DNA from: Octopus vulgaris
Taxonomy: Eukaryota
NCBI GenBank assembly: GCA_951406725.2
Contig: OX597842.1
Coordinates: forward strand, 26,536,001-26,600,000
Length of the DNA stretch: 64,000 nucleotides
Direction of reading: 5' to 3'
Shown: one piece after another, positions 52,213 through 64,000 of the stretch
Numbering within the stretch: the first letter of the stretch is position 1
Layout: every line of letters begins with the position of its first letter
The notes under the pieces: generated by a model
The model's database searches: none
Told to the model about the DNA's origin: nothing
The model's input: the letters and a program-made list of their open reading frames with translations, nothing else
Position numbers and translations under genes: made by a program

Positions 52213-52624
52213 TCGTTAGCCACTACACACATTTGTAGTGGGGACGACTGTTTTTTCTGTGTTCCTTTCTGTAGAAGAGCGTAGGCTCGAAATGTAAAAG
52301 ACTTTTTCTATTCCTGAGCATTATACTAATACATCTGTTTGTTTTGTACACCACCTGTCTTCGTCTTTTGTTTTTTTCGTAAACTCTCCCTATATATATA
52401 TATATATATATACACTCTCTTTTACTCTTTTACTTGTTTCAGTCATTTGACTGTGGCCATGCCGGAGCACCACTTTTAGTCGAGGAAATCAACCCCAGGA
52501 CTTATTCTTTGGAAGCCTAGTACTTATTCTATCGGTCTCTTTTGCTGAATCGCTAAGTTACAGGAATGTAAACACACCACCGTCGGTTGTCAGGTGATGT
52601 TGGGGGACAAACACAGACAAACAT

Positions 52625-52657
<33 letters not shown>

Positions 52658-52859
52658 CATATATACAACGGGCTTCTTTCAGTTTCCATCTACCAAATTC
52701 ACTCACAAGGCTTTAGTCAGCTCAAAACTATAATAGAAGACACTTGCCCAAGGTGCCACGCAGTGGGGCTGAACCTGGAACCATGTGGTTGGGAAGCAAA
52801 CTTCTTACCACACAACCACTAATATATACATACATATATATATATATATATCATGTGAC

Positions 52860-53312
<453 letters not shown>

Positions 53313-53327
53313 TACATATATATATAC

Positions 53328-53454
<127 letters not shown>

Positions 53455-53475
53455 TACATACACATATATACATAT

Positions 53476-53538
<63 letters not shown>

Positions 53539-54129
53539 AGGCTTAAACACTAGGCCAGCAATGTTGGCGGAGTTGATGAGGGTGATTATTTTGCTCCCCC
53601 CTCATTATTCGACTGGTACTTTATTTCATCAACCCCAAAGAGGACAAAAGACAAAGTTGACCAAAGGAAGGATTTGAACTCAGAACCTTAGGACTAGGAA
53701 TGAATAACAGAAATAGCCCTAATCATCATCATCATCATCATCATCGTTTAGCGTCCGCTTTCCATGCTGGCATGGGTTGGACGGTTCAAATGGGGTCTGG
53801 GAGGCCCGAAGGCTGCACCAGGCTCCAGTCTTGATCTGGCAATGTTTCTACAGCTGGATGCCCTTCCTAACGTCAACCACTCCGTGAGTGTAGTGGGTGC
53901 TTTTTATGTGCCACCAGCACAGGTGCCAGACGAGGCTGGCAAATGGCCACGTTCGGACCGTGCTTTTTACGTGCCACCGGCACGGAGGCCAGGCGAGGCT
54001 AGCAACGGCCACGTTCGGACGGTGATTTTTACGTGCCACTGGCACAGGGGGCCAGGTGAGGCTGGCAACAGCCACGTTCGGATGGTGTTTGTTACATGCC
54101 ACCAGCACGGAGGCCACTGCCAACTGAAT

Positions 54130-54733
54130 GGAGATGATAATGATGATGATGGTGGTGATGATGACGATGACAATGAGGATGATCATGATCACAAGGACGA
54201 CGATGATTTTGATGATGATAATGATAATGACAATGATGAATGATGATGTTGTTGGTGATGATGATGAGGAGGCGGAGGAAGAGCAGAAATGAATTAGAAA
54301 AACTGTGTATTTGCTGGTTATGATGATGACGATGGTGGTGGTGATGGTAGTGATGATGCTGATGACGAAGACGATGATGATGACAACGATGATAGTGATA
54401 GCGATGATGATGATGATGATGATGATGCACCTGCTGATGATGATGGTGTCAATGATGACAACAATGATGATGATGATGATGATGATGATGAGGAGGAGGA
54501 GGAGGAGGAGGAGGAGGAAGAAAATCAAAAGCACAACATCAACGACAGCAACAACAAAGCAGTGTTTCAATATCTGATTAATCTTGTCAGAAGAGGACGG
54601 ACCCGACCCCCCCCAGGATGGGGAGAAGCGCAACAGAGGGTCGTCGCAAGAGACAGGGGGGGCGAGAGAGAACGAAGAAGAAGAAAAGTCGCATCGATAA
54701 AAACAAAAAAAAAAAAAACTGAAACAAAAATAA

Positions 54734-54790
<57 letters not shown>

Positions 54791-55095
54791 GGTATTAAAA
54801 AACCAAAAGAATATAAAAAAAAAAAAGGAAAAACCAGAAAAGAATTTCCCATTAAATGTCTGCGAAAGCAGAATAATTTATTCAAATGGTGACTTAGTGG
54901 CATTAGTGGTTTTGCTGACAATGGGGAAGGTGGTGGTGGTGGTGGTAGTTGTGGTAGGGGTTGTGGTGGGAGTTGTGGTGAATGATGGCGACAATCACGG
55001 TGATGGTGGTGGATGACGATGATAATGATGATGGTAGTGATGATGATGGTGGTGGTGGTGGTGGTGGTGATGATGGTGAATGATGATGATGGTGG

Positions 55096-55126
<31 letters not shown>

Positions 55127-55128
55127 GG

Positions 55129-55163
<35 letters not shown>

Positions 55164-56480
55164 GTGGTGATGATGATGATGATGATGATGGTGGTGGTGA
55201 TGATGATGATGATGATGATGGTGGTGGTGATGATGATAATGGTGATGATGATGATGGTGGTGGTGGTGACCGTGGTGAATGTTGGCAACAATTGTGGTGA
55301 TGGTGGTGGTGGTGAATGATGACAATGATGATGGTGGTGATGATGATGATGATGGTGGTGATGATGATGATGATGATGATGGTGATGGTGGTGGTGGTGA
55401 TGATGATGGTGGTGGTGGTGGTGGTGATGATGGTGGTGGTGGTGGTGATGATGATGATGGTGATGGTAGTGATGATGATGGTGGTGATAGTGTCGGGTGG
55501 TTGTGGTGGGGGTGATAGTGGTGGTGGCAGTGATAAATGATGACAATGCTGGTGGTGGTGGTAGTTGCAGTGGTAGTGGTGAATGATGGTGGTGGTGGTG
55601 GCAAATACAAAGTTCAGTGAGTTTGATGATGATGGTGGTGGTTGTGGTGTCGGTGGTGAGAATGGTGATTGCAGGAGTAGCAAATGTCATGCCGATGGTG
55701 ATGGTGATGATGATGATGATGGTGGTGGTGTTGGAGACGATGATGGCAATGATGATGATGGTGGTGGTATTGGAGACGATGATGGCAATGATGATGATGG
55801 TGGTGATGATGTAATGATGTCCACAGCATTGGTGACGGTGGTGACGGTGGTGGTGGTTGGCGGACATTGTAGAGTTCTTTGACAGGAAGCTTCCAGAATG
55901 GTAAGCGAATTTGTTAACGCACGATTAGCTGCCATGTGACAGGAATTGAGGAAAGTGGACATTATTGGGGGGGGGGGGGGGGAGAAGAAGAAGAAGAAGA
56001 AGAAGAAGAAGAAGAAGAAGAGGCGGAAGAGGAGGGGAAGAAGAAGAAGAAGAAGGAGAAGGAGAAGAAGGAAAAGAAGGAGAAGAAGAAGAATTGGAGG
56101 AGGAGGAAGAAGAAGAATGAGAAGAAGAAGAGGAGGAGGAAGAAGAATGAGAAGAAGAGGAGGAAGAAGAATGAGAAGAAGAGGAGAAGGAAGAAGAAGA
56201 ATGAGAAGAAGAAGAGGAGGAGGAGGAGGAGAAAAAAAGATGAAGGAGAAGAAGAAGGAGAAGGAGAAGAAAGAAGAAGAGAATGAAGAAGAAGAAGAAG
56301 AAGAAGAAGAAGAAGGAGGAGAAGAAAAAGAAGAAGAAGAAGAATGAGGAAAAGAGAAAGAGGAAGAAAATGAGGAAATGAAAAAAAACAAGAATCAAAA
56401 GGAAAAAAGTGAAGAAAAAGAGGAAAGAGGAGGAGAAGGAGGAGGACAAGAAGAAAGTGAGAAAGAGAAAAACGAAGGAC
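54130..56480. repeat. Compound (GAT)n/(GGT)n/(GAA)n low-complexity region
   Basis: Direct reading. Confidence 0.9.
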
Positions 56481-57480
56481 AATAACATTACACAAGGGGG
56501 GTTGGTGGAAGGGGGGGACAGAGATGATGATCCCCCCACCCCCCCAATCTCCCCCACCATTTCTCTCTCCTGCTTCATAAAACTATGTTCGATCAAGCAT
56601 GAAGTGAATGGCCAGTGTTTTGTTTAGTTTTATTTTGTTTTGTTTTGTTGTTTTTTTTAGTTTTCATTTTTGTTTCCACCCCCCACCCCCCCCCCCGTCT
56701 TTTAAGCAGAAACCATGAATAAACATGAAGGCACTTTCTGGCTTGTCAGCTGACCTTACACAGAAACCCAGACCACATGCCCCCCCCCCAGCAGTGGCTC
56801 AGCAGGTAAAGTACAAGAGCAATCTTTCATCCTCATCATCATCATCATCATCTTCATCATTGTTTAACGTCTGCTTTCCATGCTGCCGTGGGTTGAACAG
56901 TTTGACATGGGGCTGGCTAGCTGGGACTGTTCTTTGTGGCATAGTTTCTACACCTTGATGCCCTTCCTAATGCCAACCACTTTACAGAGTGTACTGGGTG
57001 CTTCTTATGTGGCACCAGCACCAGTGAGGTCTTCTTTGCCATGGTTTCTATGGCTGGATGCCCTTCCTAATGCCAACCACTCCACAGAGTGTACTGGGTG
57101 CTTCTTATGTGGCACCAGCACCAGTGAGGTCTTCTTTGCCATGGTTTCTATGGCTGGATGCCCTTCCTAATGCCAACCACTTTACAGAGTGTGCTGGGGG
57201 CTTTTAATGTGGTACCAGCACCAGTGAGGTCCGCTTTGCCATGGTTTCTATGGCTGGATGCCCTTCCTAATGCCAACCACTTTACAGAATGCACTTGGGG
57301 TTTTTCATGTGCCACTGGCTTGGTTACACTTACCCTGCCCCAGCATGGGGGTGTTAACACAGCACTGATGTGGATGCATTTACACAGCACCAACACAGGT
57401 GCGTTATTTATGGGATGACCTAATGTGTGTGTGTGTGTGTGTGTGTGTGAGTGTGTGTGTGTGTGTGTGAGTGTGTGTGT

Positions 57481-57525
<45 letters not shown>

Positions 57526-58600
57526 TTAATCCAAACAAGAAAACACAAAAAAACACAACAACGCGAGGACGTGGAACAAATATAGTATTATTGGAAAGAA
57601 GGAAAGAAGGAGGGTTTAACGTTTCGAGCGGAGCTCTTCATCGGAAACATAGGAGAAGGAAAGATCCAGAGAAGGGAAGACAGAGGAAAAAAATCGCCAA
57701 CGGTACACACGAGGTCGGTGTCTGCGTTTGTGCCGTACATCATTGCTTGACAACCAGTGATGCTGTGTTTGCATTCCTGTAACTTAGGGGTTTGGCAAAA
57801 GAGACCAATAGAATACATACAAAACTTAAAAAATAAGGGGTGATGGCATGATGAAGGGGTGGTGTGACAAGAGGGTGATGGTATGACGAAGGAGTGATGG
57901 TGTGACGAGGGGGTGATGGGGTGATGGATTGACGATGGGATGATGGTGTGAGAAGGGGGAGATGGTATAACGAAGGGGTGATGGTGTGACAAGGGAGTGA
58001 TGGTGTGACAGAGGGTATGATGGTGGGCAGGGGTGTCAGTGTTTGCAGTTGGGGTGCTGGTGGTTGGGTTGTGGGGGAGATGATGGTTATGGTGGTGGTG
58101 GTGGTGGTGGTAGTAGTTACAGTGGTGTTGGTGGTGGTGTTATTGTTGGCAGTAGTGCTTGGGGATTTGCAACGAAGTCCAACCCATGCTAGCATGGAAA
58201 ACGGACGCTAAACGATTATGATGATGATGATGATGTGCAGTAAATGACGTTTGTCCTCATGGGTGCAGACCAGCTCCAAACTCTTTCCTTTCATTCTTGA
58301 ACTAAACAATTACTTGAACTACTTTCATGAACATTTACAGACAAGTTCAAATGAGTAAATCCTCACCCACTTCCTGGGGGCCTCCCCCATGTCTCCCACA
58401 TTGGCATTGTGCAATACTTTTCCCCACTCACTGTCTCTTTCATTCCCACCACGGCAACCCTGACTAGTTTTGTGAGTGTCTTGGCAACACTTAGACACAC
58501 ACATATATACATAGTAAAGTAAGTATATATATATATATATCTCAAATAATGATATATATATACTTACTTTACTATATATATATGCATGAATGTGTGTGTG

Positions 58601-58645
<45 letters not shown>

Positions 58646-58762
58646 ATATATATATATATATATGCATATATATACACACTCATACATGGCACTCTGGGTG
58701 AGTGTCTTACACTATAGCCTAAGGCCGACCAAAGCCTTGAGAGTGGATTTGGTAGACAGGAA

Positions 58763-58800
<38 letters not shown>

Positions 58801-58827
58801 CATATGTGTGTGTGTGTGTTTGTATGT

Positions 58828-58858
<31 letters not shown>

Positions 58859-58898
58859 AACACACACACACACACACATATGTATGTATGTATGTATG

Positions 58899-58955
<57 letters not shown>

Positions 58956-59502
58956 GTATATATTTGTGTGTGCTTGTTTCCCCAATGCTGGTGTGTTTAT
59001 GTCCCCGTTACTTAGCGGTTCGGCAAAAGAGACCGATAGAATAAGTACTGGGCTTACAAAAGTATAAGTCCCGGGGTCGAGTTGCTCGACTAAAGGCGGT
59101 GCTCCAGCATGGCCGCAGTCAGAATGACTGAAACAAGTAAAAGAGTAAAAGAGAGTCAGAAGGATGTGGATAGTCCATCGCACACACCAAATCCACTCAC
59201 AAAGCTTTGTTCAACCCAAGGCTCTAGTAGAAGACACTTGTCCAAGTTGCCATGCAGTGGGACTGAACCCAGAACCATGTGGTTGGGAAGCAAGCTTCTT
59301 ACCACACAGCCATGCCAATATACATGTATACAAAGTGCTTCTTTCAGTTTCTGCCTGCTAAATTCTCTCATAAGGCTTTCGTCAGCTGAAGGACATAGTA
59401 GAAGACACTTGTCCAAGGTGCTACGCAGTAGAACTGAACCTGGAACCATGTGGTTGAGAAACAAGCTTCTTACCACACAACCATACCAGCATACACACAC
59501 AC

Positions 59503-61000
<1,498 letters not shown>

Positions 61001-61664
61001 CAAATGAATGGCTTTTTGCAGTTTCCATCTATAAAATCCTGTCACAAGTCTTTGGTTGGCCCAGGGCTATAACAGAAGACACTTGTCCAGGGTGTCATGC
61101 CATGGGACCGAACATGGAATCACACAGCCATCATGCCTGTACCTATTCGAAGAATATGAACGAGGAGAGAGAAAAAAAAAGAAGAAAAAAAAAAGAAAGA
61201 AAATCTCCTCATGCAAGTCTGTCCATGACATCCACCCACTAAAAAAAAAAAAAACAAAAAAAAACTGGAAAAAAAAACAAAAAAAAACCCTAATAATGGC
61301 TTTGATCTGATCTCGACGTTCGATGAATTGCGACGCCAACGTCAACAATTGGAAGAACCATAAAAAGACGGGACCCGGACTATGTTTAATATCTTTCGAA
61401 GCTAATCAAAACGACATTACCCCTTCACTGCCACCACAACTGTCGCCATCTTGTCTTCAGCTTCCTCCTCCTCTCCACCTGATTCCCCCCCCCATGCCCA
61501 CCTCCTCAAGCAGACATTCCTTTAATGAAGTCCTTTTCAGCGATTCTTTTTCTTCTTTTTCTTCTTGTTCTTCTCGTTCTTCTCGTACGTTTATCATACA
61601 TCAGTGAACAACGGAAAGTTGTTCAAGAGAAATATAGATTTCTGTCGATGACACGGACAGAGAC

Positions 61665-63462
61665 GGCGGTGGTGGTGGTGGTGGTGGAGGTGGTGATGAC
61701 GGTTGAGGTGGTGGTGGTGGTGATGACGGTTGAGGTGGTGATGGTGGTGGTGGTGGTGGTAGTGGTGGTGATGACGGTTGTGGTGGTGGTGGTGGTAGTA
61801 ATGATGGAGATGATGATGGTGATGATGGTTGAGGTGGTGGTGATGGTGGTGATGACGGTTGAGGTGGTGGTGGTGGTGATGACGGTTGAGGTGGTGATGG
61901 TGGTGGTGGTGGTGGTAGTGGTGGTGATGACGGTTGTGGTGGTGGTGGTGGTAGTAATGATGGAGATGATGATGGTGATGATGGTTGAGGTGGTGGTGAT
62001 GGTGGTGGTTGCAATGGTCGCTGTGGTGGTGATGCCAGTTGCAGTGGTGGTGGTTACGATGGTTTTGGTGGTGGTGGTGGTAATGATGGAGATGATGATG
62101 GTTGCGGCAGCGGTGGTGGTGTTGGTTGCAATGGTCGTTGTGGTGGTGATGATAATGATGGTGATGACGGTTGTGGCGCCGGTGGTGATGCCAGTTGCGG
62201 TGGTTGTGATGGTTGTGGCAGTGGTGATGGTGATGGCGATGATGGTTGCAGTGGTGGTGCTGGTGGTGTTGGTGGTGGTGATGGTGATGATAGTGGTGGT
62301 GGTGGTGTTGGTTGCAATGATGGTTGTATTGGTAGCGGTGATGATAATGATGGTGATGATAATGATGGTGATGATGGTTGTGGTGGTGGTTGGTGGTAGC
62401 GGTGTTGGTAGTGATGGTGATGATTGTGTTGGCGGTGGTGGTGGTGGTGGTGATTGATGATGCTGGTGTTGTTGCAGATGGTGGTGGTGGTGATGTTAAC
62501 ATCAGTGTTGTTATCCCAGTTGTTCTTGGTGTTGGTGGTGGTGGTGGTGGTAGGGGGTTGTGGTGGTCGTGGTGGTGGTGGTGGCGGTGGTTGCATTGGT
62601 TAGCGATGTCGGCATATCGAGTCAGCAAGTCAGCTGCCAAAGACATTTCTAATTTGAAAAACTTCTTTCTGTGAATCGGACTTCGAATGACGAGTAGAAG
62701 TGGAGGGGGAGAGCAGGGGGGAAGAGCAGGGGGGGGGGGGCGGGGTGTCGGAAGGTAGCTGGGACAAAAGATTCGACATCGAAGTGTTTTCAGTGAAAAG
62801 AACCACTGACTGATTGAATGAATGAATGAATGAATGAATGAATGAATGAAAAGCAAGCCATCACCATCATCATCATCATCATTGTCGTCATCGTCGTCAT
62901 CATCATCATCACTAACATCGTCATTAACACAATCATCATCATCAGTCTCATCATCAGCATCATCACCAGCATTATTATCATCATCAACACCATCATCATC
63001 ATCATCACCGTCATCATCATCATCATCATCACCATTGTTATCATCATCATCATCACTATCATCATCATTAACACAATCATCAGCATCATCATCAGCATTA
63101 TTATCATCATCATCACTAACATCATCATCATCAACATCATCACCGTCATCATCATCATCATCATAACCGTCATCATCATCATCATCATCATAACCGTCAT
63201 CATCATCATCATTGTCGTCATCATCATCATCACTAACATCGTCATTAACACAATCATCATCATCAGTCTCATCATCAGCATCATCACCAGCATTATTATC
63301 ATCATCATCACTAACATCATCAACACCATCATCATCATCATCACCGTCATCATCATCATCATCACCATTGTTATCATCATCATCATCACTATCATCATCA
63401 TCAACACCATCATCATCATCATCATTATCACCGTCATCATCAACATCATCATCATCATCATA
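61665..63462. repeat. (GGT/GAT)n then (CAT)n low-complexity tracts
   Basis: Direct reading. Confidence 0.9.
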
Positions 63463-63649
63463 AGAGACAGCAGCAGCAGTAGGAGCAGGAGCAACAGGAG
63501 ACAGACTGCTTAGCGCCAATCCTTCCAGCTTTGCATTCCGAGTTCAAATTCCACTGAAGTCAGCTTCATCTTTCATCTTTGAAGCAGCAAGAAGCTGGCA
63601 GAATCATCAGAAAGCTGACCAAAATGCTTCCCATGTTTGGTATTACTCT

Positions 63650-64000
63650 CTCTCTTTTTACTCTTTTACTTGTTTCAGTCATTTGACTGTGGCCATGCTG
63701 GAGCACCACCCTTAGTCGAGCAAATCGACCCCGGGACTTATTCTTTGTAAGCCCAGTACTTATTCTATCGGTCTCTTTTGCCGAACCGCTAGGCTTACTC
63801 TTTTACTTGTTTCAGTCATTTGACTGCGGCCATGCTGGAGCACCGCCCTTAGTCGAGCAAATCGACCCCGGGACTTATTCTTTGTAAGCCCAGTACTTAT
63901 TCTATCGGTCTCTTTTGCCGAACCGCTAGGCTTACTCTTTTACTTGTTTCAGTCATTTGACTGCGGCCATGCTGGAGCACCGCCCTTAGTCGAGCAAATC
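63650..64000 (-). repeat. Tandem SINE-A 3' halves running off the window end
   Basis: About 138-bp unit ttactcttttacttgtttcagtc...gaaccgctaggc repeated. Confidence 0.85.

Noticed and set aside
53848-56596. 611-aa and neighbouring low-complexity ORFs
   Set aside because: Built from (GAT)n/(GGT)n/(GAA)n tracts and SINE sequence.
61525-63519. 641-aa Asp/His-rich ORF and 310-aa signal-peptide-like ORF
   Set aside because: Microsatellite-derived; the hydrophobic start comes from a TTC-rich tract and no downstream domain is present.

Overview
Eukaryotic, very repeat-rich genomic DNA; the SINE families and dense (TA)n/(GATA)n/(GAT)n microsatellites suggest an octopus (inference). The only supportable protein-coding gene is a bifunctional PAPS synthase (PAPSS; APS kinase plus ATP sulfurylase) on the minus strand. 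Ten GT-AG exons between 43592 and 5738 join in frame (1467 nt, 488 aa plus stop). The N-terminal P-loop exon(s) were not found and presumably lie beyond 64000. The introns hold several SINE families, RTE LINE fragments, a hAT MITE, TTAA-flanked piggyBac-like MITEs, a Helitron, minisatellites and Penelope-like (PLE) remnants. The most notable signal is a dense set of hammerhead-ribozyme (HHR) motifs. Three sequence-unrelated elements (35345-35454, 44465-44579, 16571-16651) share a covarying, pseudoknotted, non-circularly permuted hammerhead architecture. One type I hammerhead with an intact core (49436-49557) lies sense to the PAPSS pre-mRNA. Nearly all long ORFs in the supplied track are microsatellite artefacts. 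All structures were read by eye; none was computed or tested.
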